Positions 41,340 to 50,685 of a DNA stretch of 64,000 nt are shown piece by piece; within the stretch, counting starts at the first letter, position 1; each line of letters opens with the position of its first letter. A model generated the notes under the pieces. That model was not told the DNA's origin, did no database searches, and saw only the letters and a program-made list of their open reading frames with translations. Source of the DNA: Candidatus Omnitrophota bacterium (GTDB lineage: Bacteria; Omnitrophota; Gorgyraeia; Zapsychrales; Zapsychraceae); the NCBI GenBank assembly GCA_023247445.1, contig JAHFGL010000004.1:72968-136967 (forward strand). The letters are read 5' to 3'. Made by a program: the position numbers and the translations under genes.

Positions 41340-41978
41340 ATGAGACAAAAAGAAATTATTGTTATTGGCGGCGGTGGTCATGCCAAGGTTGTCATTAGCC
41401 TTTTGTTGGCGGATGACAATTATAAAGTGTTGGGCTATACCGATAAATCTGATCGTGGTCCAATTTTAGGTGTTAAATTTTTGGGCAATGATGAAATCCT
41501 GCCGAAACTTAAAAGTAAATATCCCAGACTTTCAGCCGCCATTGGCGTTGGAAAGGTCACGAAAGAAAATATCCGGATCGAGGTTAGAAAGAAAATATTA
41601 AAGAATGGTTTTGAGTTGCCCGTAATTATATCCAAGAAGGCATTGATTCATAAAGACGCTGTTATTGGCGAAGGTACGGTTATTAGTGATGGCGCCATTA
41701 TCCAAGTGGGGGCAAAAATAGGAGCATGCGCCATTATTAATACGGGAAGTATTGTTGAACACGATTGTGTTATTGGAGACTTTGTTCATGTGGCCAGCGG
41801 CGCGACAGTTTCTGGCGGCGTGACAATTGGTAAAAACACAATGGTTGGCGCGGGTTCCACCATTATTCAATATAAGAAAATTGGTCATGATTGTTTGATT
41901 GCCGCGGGAGCGGTTGTTGTTGATGATTGTCAATCAAATGGTTTCTATGCCGGCGTTCCGGCAGTTTTGAAAAAATAA
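41340..41978 (+). CDS. NeuD/PglD/LegH-family sugar N-acetyltransferase (hexapeptide repeats).
   Basis: IIVIGGGGHAKVV N-terminal Rossmann-like motif plus left-handed beta-helix hexapeptide repeats. Confidence 0.8.
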   Translation: MRQKEIIVIGGGGHAKVVISLLLADDNYKVLGYTDKSDRGPILGVKFLGNDEILPKLKSKYPRLSAAIGVGKVTKENIRIEVRKKILKNGFELPVIISKKALIHKDAVIGEGTVISDGAIIQVGAKIGACAIINTGSIVEHDCVIGDFVHVASGATVSGGVTIGKNTMVGAGSTIIQYKKIGHDCLIAAGAVVVDDCQSNGFYAGVPAVLKK

Positions 41979-41980
41979 AT

Positions 41981-42997
41981 ATGCGTAAGAAAGTTTTTAT
42001 TATTGCGGAAGCGGGCGTCAATCATAACGGAAAACTTCATTTGGCCAAACAATTGGTCAATAAGGCGAAGTTAACAGGTTGTGATGCGATAAAATTTCAG
42101 ATATTTCAAGCTGATGAAATAACTTCGTCTAAAGCGAATATTGCCGACTATCAGAAGAGAAACACCAAAGGTAAATTTCACAACCAAAAGGATATGCTTA
42201 AAGAGTTGGAGTTATCCCTTGATCAATTTAAAGAACTGAAGAATTATTGCCGTGAAAAAGATATTTTGTTTTTGGCAACGCCTTTTGATGATGCCAGCCT
42301 CGCTTGGCTTGTTAAACAGAATGCGCCTATTATTAAAGTTGCTTCGGGAGAAATTACCAATCATCCGTTTTTAGAAAAGATAGCGCGTAGTCATAAGGGA
42401 ATTATTTTATCGACAGGCATGTCGAATTTAAATGAAGTCAAGGAAGCGGTTCAAACAATTTTTAAGGCTGGCAATAAGAAATTATCTTTGCTTCATTGTG
42501 TGACGGAATATCCTGCGCCTTATGATCAGATGAATTTACGGGCGATGGCAACGCTTGAAAAGACTTTTAAACTACCCGTTGGCCTTTCTGATCATACACT
42601 GGGGTTTCATATGAGTTTGGCGGCGGTGGCGCTAGGTGCAACCATTATTGAAAAGCATATTACCCTTGATAAAAATTTACCAGGACCTGATCATCGGGCC
42701 TCGTTAGATCCAACGGAATTTAAGATGATGGTTAATGCGATTCGCGATATTGAAGGAGCGCTTGGTAGTGGGATTAAAAAACCATCCGCTTGTGAAGTAA
42801 AATATCGTGATGTGGTCAGAAAAAGTATTGTCTTAACCAGTGGCGTGACGCGCGGCGAAAAGGTCACTGAAAAGGTCATTGGGATCAAGCGTCCAGCCGG
42901 CGGCATTGAACCAAAATATTTTAATAGGATTGTTGGAAAGAATTTTAAGAAAAATATGCGCGCAGGAGATATTTTGCAGTGGGGGCATCTATCATAA
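41981..42997 (+). CDS. neuB: NeuB-family nonulosonic acid synthase (N-acetylneuraminate / legionaminic acid synthase, LegI-like).
   Basis: VFIIAEAGVNHNGKLHLAKQLVNKAKLTGCDAIKFQ is the NeuB TIM-barrel signature, with a C-terminal antifreeze-like domain. ATG at 41981. Confidence 0.9.
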   Translation: MRKKVFIIAEAGVNHNGKLHLAKQLVNKAKLTGCDAIKFQIFQADEITSSKANIADYQKRNTKGKFHNQKDMLKELELSLDQFKELKNYCREKDILFLATPFDDASLAWLVKQNAPIIKVASGEITNHPFLEKIARSHKGIILSTGMSNLNEVKEAVQTIFKAGNKKLSLLHCVTEYPAPYDQMNLRAMATLEKTFKLPVGLSDHTLGFHMSLAAVALGATIIEKHITLDKNLPGPDHRASLDPTEFKMMVNAIRDIEGALGSGIKKPSACEVKYRDVVRKSIVLTSGVTRGEKVTEKVIGIKRPAGGIEPKYFNRIVGKNFKKNMRAGDILQWGHLS

Positions 42998-44160
42998 AAA
43001 AAAAAAAGATTTGTGTGGCGACCGGCGCCCGTTCGGATTACGGCCATCTTTATAGTTTTCTTAAGGCGATTGCGGCGGATAAGGATTTAGAGCTTGCCAT
43101 TATCGCAACGGGAATGCATTTAGCGAAAGATCATGGCCTAACGTATCGAGAGATTATTAAGGATGGATTCAAAATTAAAGCCTTTGTTCCAATTCTTTTA
43201 TTTTCAAATTCGAAAAAAGGAGTTGTTCAATCGATCGCAGAAGCGTGTAAGGGATTTTCCAAAGCTTTAAGCAATTTAAAACCAGATATGCTGGTCATTC
43301 TAGGTGATCGATTTGAAATGCTGGGGGCCGCAATCGCTGCGTACATCTTAAGAATTCCGATTGTTCATATTCATGGTGGAGAAACAACAGAAGGCGTTAT
43401 TGATGAAGGCATTCGGCACGCGATTACCAAAATGGCGACCGTTCATTTTCCAGCAACGGAAGTTTATCGAAAAAGGATTATTCAAATGGGAGAAGATCCC
43501 AGCCGTGTTTTTAACTTTGGGGCACCTGGGTTAGATATTTTAAAAGAAATGGAATTCTTAAGCCGGGAAGAGATTGCTCAAAAAATCAATTTTGATTTAA
43601 GTGGCAAGGTCGCCATTGTTACCTTTCATCCCGTTGTAGACGATGGCAAATTATTATTAACCTATGTTGATCATCTGTGTAAGGCGCTTGATTCGTTTAA
43701 AATTAAAGTCGTGTTTACACAATCTAATGCGGATGCCCAAGGCAATCTTATTAATCAATATCTAAAGAATTTTGTTAAAAAGGATCCGGGGAAATATAAA
43801 TTTTATCCAAGCCTGGGATTTAAAATGTACATGAGCTGTTTAAAACATTTTGATGTGGTCGTTGGGAATTCTTCCAGCGGCTTTATTGAAGCGCCTTCCC
43901 TTGGGATTCCAGTTGTCAATATTGGCGATCGCCAAAAGGGTCGTGTGCGCTCTCAAAATATTATTGATACAGGCTATGATCTTAATTCGATCAAGCGGGC
44001 CATCAGTAAGGCTTTAATTCCAAAGAAGAGAAAATTTATCAATCCTTATCAAAAATATAGAGATGGCAAGACAGGTTATCGCATTAAAGAAAAGATAAAG
44101 ACATTTCGTTTTGGTGAAAATGTTCTTAAGAAAAGTTTTTATGATGTCGATTTTAAATAA
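42979..44160 (+). CDS. neuC: UDP/GDP-GlcNAc 2-epimerase, hydrolysing (NeuC/LegG-like).
   Basis: ICVATGARSDYGHL...AIIATGMHL...HIHGGE are NeuC-family motifs. Confidence 0.85.
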   Translation: MGASIIKKKKICVATGARSDYGHLYSFLKAIAADKDLELAIIATGMHLAKDHGLTYREIIKDGFKIKAFVPILLFSNSKKGVVQSIAEACKGFSKALSNLKPDMLVILGDRFEMLGAAIAAYILRIPIVHIHGGETTEGVIDEGIRHAITKMATVHFPATEVYRKRIIQMGEDPSRVFNFGAPGLDILKEMEFLSREEIAQKINFDLSGKVAIVTFHPVVDDGKLLLTYVDHLCKALDSFKIKVVFTQSNADAQGNLINQYLKNFVKKDPGKYKFYPSLGFKMYMSCLKHFDVVVGNSSSGFIEAPSLGIPVVNIGDRQKGRVRSQNIIDTGYDLNSIKRAISKALIPKKRKFINPYQKYRDGKTGYRIKEKIKTFRFGENVLKKSFYDVDFK

Positions 44161-44163
44161 GCT

Positions 44164-45234
44164 ATGAAAAAGAAAGTTAAATATCTATTAATCAAAGGAA
44201 ACTTTACCGTTAAGCAGGCCATGCGGCAGTTGGCGAAGGCGGGCGAGAAGATCCTGTTTGTCGTTGATGGCAAGGCAAAGCTCGTTGGCTCTTTAACCGA
44301 TGGCGATATCCGCCGATGGATTTTAGGCGGTGGACATTTATCTTCGGCGGTTGAAAATGCCTGTAATAAGAAACCGGTGTGTGTTCCTCTAGCGTATGAT
44401 GCCGAAGCGATTAAAAGCATGATGATTAGAAGAAAGATTCAGGTTATTCCTGTCGTTAATGAAGAGAAGGTTATTGAGGATGTCCTTTTATGGAATAATC
44501 TCTTTGGACAAGCAAGACAAATAACAAAGAGAAAGATATCAACGCCCGTTGTCATTATGGCGGGAGGACGAGGTACACGTTTGGATCCTTTCACCAGGGT
44601 TTTGCCTAAGCCGCTGATTCCGCTCGGTGATAAAACGATTATTGAATCAATCATGGAACGATTTTTTAAGCATGGCGTTTTAGAATTTCATTTATCGATT
44701 AACCATAAATCACAAATGATTAAGGCTTATTTTGCTGAGATAAAACTGCCGTATAAGATTCATATGGTTGAAGAAAATAAACCGCTGGGAACCGCTGGTA
44801 GTTTAAGATTTTTAAGGAATAAATTTAAAGATTCTTTAATGGTTTCTAATTGCGACATTATTGTGGAGACTGATTATCATGAACTCGAGACGTTTCATAA
44901 GTCCAAGGGCTATGATATCACGATCGTCGGATCATTTCGGCATTTTACGATTCCTTATGGGATCTGCGACATTGAAAACGGTGGAGAACTTCTTAATATA
45001 AAAGAAAAACCCGAATACGATTTCTTGGTCAATACGGGGATGTATGTTTTAAAGCAAAAGGTGCTAAACCTGATCCCGAAAAATGAGTTTTTTAATATGA
45101 CGGATTTAATTGAAAAGGTTAAGGCCAAAGGCGGCAAGGTTGGTGTGTTTCCTATTGATGAAAAATCCTGGATTGACGTCGGTCAACTGGAAGAATATCA
45201 CCGCGTGATTAGTTTGTTGGAGCGTAAGGAATGA
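44164..45234 (+). CDS. CBS-domain nucleotidyltransferase, PtmE-like sugar-1-phosphate guanylyl/nucleotidyltransferase.
   Basis: An N-terminal CBS pair (TDGDIRRWILGG) and a C-terminal NTP-transferase (VIMAGGRGTRLDPFTRVLPKPLIPL). The domain layout and position match C. jejuni ptmE (Cj1329). Confidence 0.75.
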   Translation: MKKKVKYLLIKGNFTVKQAMRQLAKAGEKILFVVDGKAKLVGSLTDGDIRRWILGGGHLSSAVENACNKKPVCVPLAYDAEAIKSMMIRRKIQVIPVVNEEKVIEDVLLWNNLFGQARQITKRKISTPVVIMAGGRGTRLDPFTRVLPKPLIPLGDKTIIESIMERFFKHGVLEFHLSINHKSQMIKAYFAEIKLPYKIHMVEENKPLGTAGSLRFLRNKFKDSLMVSNCDIIVETDYHELETFHKSKGYDITIVGSFRHFTIPYGICDIENGGELLNIKEKPEYDFLVNTGMYVLKQKVLNLIPKNEFFNMTDLIEKVKAKGGKVGVFPIDEKSWIDVGQLEEYHRVISLLERKE

Positions 45235-46175
45235 AGATTGTTATTTTTGGATTAGGTTCAATTGGTTTAAAACACGCGGGAGTACTAAGTGATAATTTTT
45301 CTCATCAGTTATATGCCTTTCGTTCCAATCGAACAGAGATGACGAATAAAGGTAACATTAAGAATATTTCTTCATGGAAAGAAGTAGATCAGATTAGTCC
45401 GGATATCGCTTTAATTTCGAACCCGACAGACTTGCATATTGCAACCGCGATCGAATGTGCGCGATGTGGAATGCATCTATTTATTGAAAAGCCGTTAGGA
45501 GCCAGCCTTAAAGATTTGGATAAATTATTAGCGGTTGTGAAAAAGAAGAAGCTAGCAACGTATGTGGCTTATCTTTTAAGGTTTCATCCAGTTGTTATGT
45601 ATGTGAAGAAAATTCTTTCAGCCAAAAAGTTTTTACATATGCGGGTTGTGACAAGTTCTTATTTGCCGTCATGGCGTGCTGGAACGGATTACCGTAGCGG
45701 TTATTCAGCTTCTCGCAAAAGAGGCGGCGGCGTTATCTTAGACCTGTCGCATGAACTTGATTATATTTCTTATATTACTGATGGCGTTAAAGATGTGTCA
45801 GCTCAATTTGAGAGACGAAGTGATCTAACAATCGATGCGGAAGATTTTGCAGATATCTTGGTCAAAACAAATAAAGGTCCAGCTAATTTACACATAAATT
45901 TTTTCAGTCACATCAATAAACGCCAGATCTCGGTTGATTTTAAAGATTCTTCCCTAACAGGTGATCTTTTAGAAAATAAAGTTTGTTGGTATAAAAAGGG
46001 TAAATTGCTTAAGACGGTTAAGTTCAAGGACGGTGTTCAAGATTGTCTGCTTAAGGAATGGAAATACTTTTTATCGAATTTAAACAAGCGTCGGATGATG
46101 AACAATGTGTTTGAGGCCACGGTGCTATTTAAAAAGATGCATGCGCTAAAGACAGGAAAGACAACTTATGCTTAA
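45231..46175 (+). CDS. Gfo/Idh/MocA-family oxidoreductase at the PtmF position.
   Basis: MKIVIFGLGSIGLKH and LFIEKPLG (EKP motif). Confidence 0.6.
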   Translation: MKIVIFGLGSIGLKHAGVLSDNFSHQLYAFRSNRTEMTNKGNIKNISSWKEVDQISPDIALISNPTDLHIATAIECARCGMHLFIEKPLGASLKDLDKLLAVVKKKKLATYVAYLLRFHPVVMYVKKILSAKKFLHMRVVTSSYLPSWRAGTDYRSGYSASRKRGGGVILDLSHELDYISYITDGVKDVSAQFERRSDLTIDAEDFADILVKTNKGPANLHINFFSHINKRQISVDFKDSSLTGDLLENKVCWYKKGKLLKTVKFKDGVQDCLLKEWKYFLSNLNKRRMMNNVFEATVLFKKMHALKTGKTTYA

Positions 46176-46878
46176 TATCCTTTTAACGATCGCGGCCCGT
46201 GGAGGGTCAAAGGGGGTTAAGAAAAAGAATATCAAACTTTTAGCGGGGCGCCCTTTAATTTCATATACGATTGCCCAGGCGAAAAGATGGGGAAAGGCCA
46301 AACATATTGTGGTCACGACCGATTCTTTAGAAATTGCTAAGGCGGCCAAGAAATTTGGCGCTGATGTTCCTTTCTTGCGGCCGAAAAATTTAGCGACTAG
46401 CACAGCATCTAAGGTCGATGTCATCAAACATGCGCTCATAGCCTCGGAAAATTATTATAAACAGAAGTTTGATGTTGTCGTGGACTTGGATGTAACGAGT
46501 CCGATAAGAACAGTTAAAGATTTAGATAACTGTTTAAAACTTTTTTTAAGAAAAAAACCGAATACTTTATTTAGTGTCGTTACGGCCAAGAAGAATCCTT
46601 ATTTTAATATGGTTGAAGAAAATAATGGCAAGGTTGTTTTATCTAAGCAATTGCCCGGCCGCATTGTTCGTCGGCAAGATGCACCCAAAGTTTATAGCAT
46701 GAACGCCTCGATTTATTTTTATGATCGTAAATATTTATTAACGGCAAAAGTTCCATCGCCTATTAATAATCGATGCTGCATGTATGAGATGGATGAGTTG
46801 TCCAGCGTTGATATCGATTCTGAACTTGATTTTAAATATATTGACCTATTGGTTAAGGAAAAATTGGTGCGCTTATGA
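46168..46878 (+). CDS. neuA: CMP-nonulosonic acid synthetase (acylneuraminate cytidylyltransferase; NeuA/LegF-like).
   Basis: ILLTIAARGGSKGVKKKNIKLLAGRPLISYTI is the CMP-NeuAc synthetase N-terminal signature. Size 236 aa. Confidence 0.85.
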   Translation: MLNILLTIAARGGSKGVKKKNIKLLAGRPLISYTIAQAKRWGKAKHIVVTTDSLEIAKAAKKFGADVPFLRPKNLATSTASKVDVIKHALIASENYYKQKFDVVVDLDVTSPIRTVKDLDNCLKLFLRKKPNTLFSVVTAKKNPYFNMVEENNGKVVLSKQLPGRIVRRQDAPKVYSMNASIYFYDRKYLLTAKVPSPINNRCCMYEMDELSSVDIDSELDFKYIDLLVKEKLVRL

Positions 46879-47669
46879 AAAATTATTCCCAAGATTTTAG
46901 TTTAGAAAACAAAGTCGCTTTCGTCTGTGGCGGCGCTGGTTTAATTGGTCGGGAAATTGCGATGGCGCTCGCTAATTTTGGCGCTAAGGTCATTGTCCTT
47001 GATGTCAATCGTACAAAGGCGATGAGTATCGTTAAAGAAATTCGGCATGCCGGTGGCAGTGCTCATTTTGAATTCTTTGACAGCACTAAACTAACCACAT
47101 TCGAGAAGAAGCTTGCTCAGTGGTACAAAAAATATTCAGGGATGGATGTTTGGGTCAATGTCACTTATCCACGCACATCCGATTGGGGACTTGCTGTTGA
47201 GAAACTAAAACTTGATTCATTTAAGAAAAATGTCGACATGCATTTAGTTTCGTATGTTTGGATGAGCCGTTGTGTGGGCTTGGCGATGAAGAAAAACAAA
47301 ATCAAAGGATCGATTATCAATTTTGGATCTATTTATGGCGTCCAGGCGAGTGACTTTACCGTTTATGAAGGCACCGATCTAACAATGCCCATGGCCTATG
47401 CCGCGATTAAGGCCGGGATTGTTAATTCCTCGCGTTATCTGGCTTCATATTTTGGTAAAGATGGAATCCGTTTTAATACGATTTGTCCCGGTGGCGTTAA
47501 AGATAATCAGCCATCGGCGTTTGTGAAAAAATATGAGCACAAGGTTCCGCTTAAACGAATGGCGGTGAAAGAAGAAATTCCTATGAGCGTTGTCTTTTTA
47601 GCCTCGAAGGCATCATCTTATATTACCGGTGAAACATTGATGGTAGATGGCGGATGGACAGTCGTTTAA
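46875..47669 (+). CDS. Short-chain dehydrogenase/reductase (SDR) at the PtmA position.
   Basis: VAFVCGGAGLIGREIA (TGxxxGIG-like) and YAAIKAG (YxxxK). Confidence 0.75.
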   Translation: MKNYSQDFSLENKVAFVCGGAGLIGREIAMALANFGAKVIVLDVNRTKAMSIVKEIRHAGGSAHFEFFDSTKLTTFEKKLAQWYKKYSGMDVWVNVTYPRTSDWGLAVEKLKLDSFKKNVDMHLVSYVWMSRCVGLAMKKNKIKGSIINFGSIYGVQASDFTVYEGTDLTMPMAYAAIKAGIVNSSRYLASYFGKDGIRFNTICPGGVKDNQPSAFVKKYEHKVPLKRMAVKEEIPMSVVFLASKASSYITGETLMVDGGWTVV

Positions 47670-47676
47670 ACAGATT

Positions 47677-48555
47677 ATGAAAAATATTAGAATCATTCCA
47701 CGCTTAGATATTAAAGGTCCCAATTTAGTTAAGGGAATTCATTTGGAGGGTTTGCGCGTTTTAGGAAAGCCCGAGCAGTATGCCAAATATTATTATGAAA
47801 CAGGGGCGGATGAATTAATTTATATGGATATCGTCGCGAGTTTGTATGGCCGTAACAGCTTGCTTAATATTATTGAAAAAACCGCGAGAGAAATTTTCAT
47901 TCCATTAACCGTTGGCGGTGGATTACGAACAATTGCTGATATTAACAATGTGTTAAGAGCCGGGGCTGATAAAGTTGCCATTAATACAGCCGCGATCCGT
48001 AATCCAGCTTTTATTAAAGAGGCCGCCAATCGTTTTGGATCATCAACGATTCTTATTTCCATTGAGGCGATCAAACAATCCGACGGACTTTATTATGCGT
48101 TTACAGATAACGGTAGAGAATATACGGGTAAGGAAGTTGTGGCATGGGCCAAAGAGGCCGCGTCCTTTGGCGCTGGCGAAATTCTTCTCACTTGCGTTGA
48201 TAACGAAGGTGCTGGATTTGGCTATGATAGTAATTTAGTTCGACAGGTCTCGGAAGCTGTTAACATTCCTGTCATTGCCTGCGGCGGCGCGGGGAAACCA
48301 GAAGATTTAGCAAAAGTTATTGGCGAAGGGAAAGCGGATGCGGTTTGTTTATCTTCGATGCTTCATTATGACTACATCGAACATCATAAGGTTGAGGGGG
48401 ATTTTTCAGCGGAAGGCAATATTGAATTCTTAAAAAGCCGGGAAATTTTTAAGAAGATAAAAAGTACAGATCTTAAAACAATAAAAACATTTTTATTTGA
48501 TGCGGGCATCTGTTGCCGTCATGAACTGAGTGCAAATTTAATGAGGGCGATTTAA
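47677..48555 (+). CDS. HisF-like cyclase subunit of a glutamine amidotransferase (WbuZ-like; acetamidino-sugar formation).
   Basis: MKNIRIIPRLDIKGPNLVKGIHLEG aligns to the HisF N-terminus (IIPCLDV..G.VVKG). It is paired with HisH-like and WbuX-like genes inside a glycan cluster. Confidence 0.75.
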   Translation: MKNIRIIPRLDIKGPNLVKGIHLEGLRVLGKPEQYAKYYYETGADELIYMDIVASLYGRNSLLNIIEKTAREIFIPLTVGGGLRTIADINNVLRAGADKVAINTAAIRNPAFIKEAANRFGSSTILISIEAIKQSDGLYYAFTDNGREYTGKEVVAWAKEAASFGAGEILLTCVDNEGAGFGYDSNLVRQVSEAVNIPVIACGGAGKPEDLAKVIGEGKADAVCLSSMLHYDYIEHHKVEGDFSAEGNIEFLKSREIFKKIKSTDLKTIKTFLFDAGICCRHELSANLMRAI

Positions 48556-49239
48556 GTGAAACCAAAAGTTGCAATCATCGATTTAAATATGGGAAATTTG
48601 TTCAGCATCAAGCAGGCCTGTGCGCATGTTGGGTTAGAAACTTTTATTACGTCGGATGCGCAAGAAATAAAAATGGCTGATGCTGTTATTTTGCCAGGGG
48701 TTGGCGCCTTTGGTAATGCGATGGAACATCTCAAAGAAAAAGATTTGATTAAGACGATTCATGAGGTGATTGCGCAAGGCAAACCTTTCTTTGGCATTTG
48801 TTTGGGAATGCAGATGCTTATGTCGGAAAGCGAAGAATTTGGTCGACACAAAGGTTTAGATATTATTCCAGGACGAGTTATTCGTTTTCCAAGTCGTGGG
48901 GCTAAAGAAAATGTTATCAAAGTTCCTCAGGTCGGCTGGAATCAGGTTTATCTGGCGGATCAATTTAAATTAAATCCTGAAAGAAGTTGTTGGAGTGATT
49001 TGGCCAATGGTGAGTATATGTATTTTGTGCATTCTTATTATGTTATTCCCCAGAATTCCAATGTCGTCGCGCTGGAAACAGTTTATGAAGATGTGAAGTA
49101 TTGTTCAGGATTGGTTAAGAACAATATTTTTGCGACACAATTTCATCCTGAAAAAAGCGCTGACAAGGGAATTAAGATTTATCAGAATTGGGCTAAGTTA
49201 GTTGAGAAGTCATTAATAAAAAGTATTCTGCTACGCTAA
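48556..49239 (+). CDS. HisH-like glutamine amidotransferase subunit (WbuY-like).
   Basis: VAIIDLNMGNLFSIKQAC..., a class I GATase with a Cys in GICLGMQ, and His/Glu near FHPEKS. Confidence 0.8.
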   Translation: MKPKVAIIDLNMGNLFSIKQACAHVGLETFITSDAQEIKMADAVILPGVGAFGNAMEHLKEKDLIKTIHEVIAQGKPFFGICLGMQMLMSESEEFGRHKGLDIIPGRVIRFPSRGAKENVIKVPQVGWNQVYLADQFKLNPERSCWSDLANGEYMYFVHSYYVIPQNSNVVALETVYEDVKYCSGLVKNNIFATQFHPEKSADKGIKIYQNWAKLVEKSLIKSILLR

Positions 49240-49318
49240 ATGCTTCCGCGTTAAGCTTCGCAGGAATTCCTACGAAGCTCAAACATGAAAATATTTGAGC
49301 GAAGTAGAAAGGAGTCGT

Positions 49319-50521
49319 ATGTTATTTCCTAATACAACATTAGATAAGTTTATTGGGCATCCCAACCGTCCCAAAGACATTACCTTTTGTACGAAATGCG
49401 TTGTCTCTAATCAGCGTCCACGGATTACTTTTAATAAAGATGGTGTTTGCAGCGCCTGTGGATTTGCCAATGAGAAACATCATGTCATCAATTGGAAAGA
49501 TCGTGAGGAACAGTTAGTGGCGCTTTTAGATAAATATCGTTCAAAAAATGGGGAATATGATTGTGTCGTTCCAGGAAGCGGGGGTAAAGACAGTAGCTAC
49601 ACCGCCCATCAACTAAAATATAAATATGGAATGCATCCTTTGACAGTTACCTGGGCTCCTTTTCTTTATACTGATATTGGTTGGCAGAATTATATTAATT
49701 TTAAAGATGCTGGATTTGAAAATCTATTATGTTTTCCAAACGGCATGATGCACCGCAAATTAGCGCGACTGGCTTTTGAGCTTTTAGGCGATGCGTGGGA
49801 ACCTTTTGCGTATGGTCAGAAAAGTTATGCCTTTCAGATTGCGGTTAAGTTTAATATTCCTTTAATTTTTTACGGAGAAAGTGGCGAAATTGAATATGGC
49901 GGTTCGTCTAAAAATAAAACCAAACCGTATGAAGACGTGGAGGATTGGAAGGATCTTTATTATAAAGGTTCGGGGTTGGATGATTTATTGGCTCACGGAC
50001 TTAAAGCCGGCCTTTTAACCGAAAAAGAAATTAAACAAACGTCGTTTGAGTTTTATAAACCGCCATCCGTTGAAAGTATTCGAAAACTCGGCATTCAGAT
50101 GCACTGGTTTTCGTATTATAAAAAATGGGTGCCGCAGGAAAATTATTATTACGCGACAGAACACACGGGATTTAAAGCCAATCCTGGGCGATCGGAAGGA
50201 ACCTATTCCAAATATGCAAGTTTAGATGATAAGACCGATGGCTTTCATTTTTATTTGGCGTATATTAAATTTGGGATTGCGCGCGCCACCTCAGATGCGG
50301 CGCATGAGATACGCGATGGTCATTTAACAAGAGAAGAAGGGGTTGCGTTGGTTCATCGTTATGATGGAGAATTTCCTCAGAAATATTTTAAAGAGTTTCT
50401 AGAGTATTTGAATATGACGGAAAAAGAATTCTGGGAAGTGATTGATTTTTACCGTTCTTTGTCTCCCCATGTGTGGCGTAGAAAAGATGGCCAATGGGAA
50501 TTAGTTAAAAAGGTTTCATAG
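49319..50521 (+). CDS. N-acetyl sugar amidotransferase (PP-loop; WbuX/PseA/WbpG-like).
   Basis: The DCVVPGSGGKDSSYTAHQL PP-loop. ATG at 49319 with an AAAGGAG RBS. It is the third member of the WbuX/Y/Z triad that makes acetamidino groups on amino sugars and nonulosonic acids. Confidence 0.75.
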   Translation: MLFPNTTLDKFIGHPNRPKDITFCTKCVVSNQRPRITFNKDGVCSACGFANEKHHVINWKDREEQLVALLDKYRSKNGEYDCVVPGSGGKDSSYTAHQLKYKYGMHPLTVTWAPFLYTDIGWQNYINFKDAGFENLLCFPNGMMHRKLARLAFELLGDAWEPFAYGQKSYAFQIAVKFNIPLIFYGESGEIEYGGSSKNKTKPYEDVEDWKDLYYKGSGLDDLLAHGLKAGLLTEKEIKQTSFEFYKPPSVESIRKLGIQMHWFSYYKKWVPQENYYYATEHTGFKANPGRSEGTYSKYASLDDKTDGFHFYLAYIKFGIARATSDAAHEIRDGHLTREEGVALVHRYDGEFPQKYFKEFLEYLNMTEKEFWEVIDFYRSLSPHVWRRKDGQWELVKKVS

Positions 50522-50685
50522 AGGGCTGAAACCTCTCTAAATTTCGTAGGTTACGGTAGGTTTTCTTATCGAGAAATGAAACGATTTTTAAGAAAAATAA
50601 CCTATGTTTTATGATGAAAAAATAGTACAATTAGGGTCAATAATTATATATAAAAGTATCAAATCTTATTTTAAGGGGTAGACCT

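Noticed and set aside
49240-49300. The hairpin AGCTTCG-caggaattccta-CGAAGCT between the HisH-like and WbuX-like genes, considered as a possible internal terminator.
   Set aside because: No U-tract follows it. It is more likely a minor mRNA structure within the operon.
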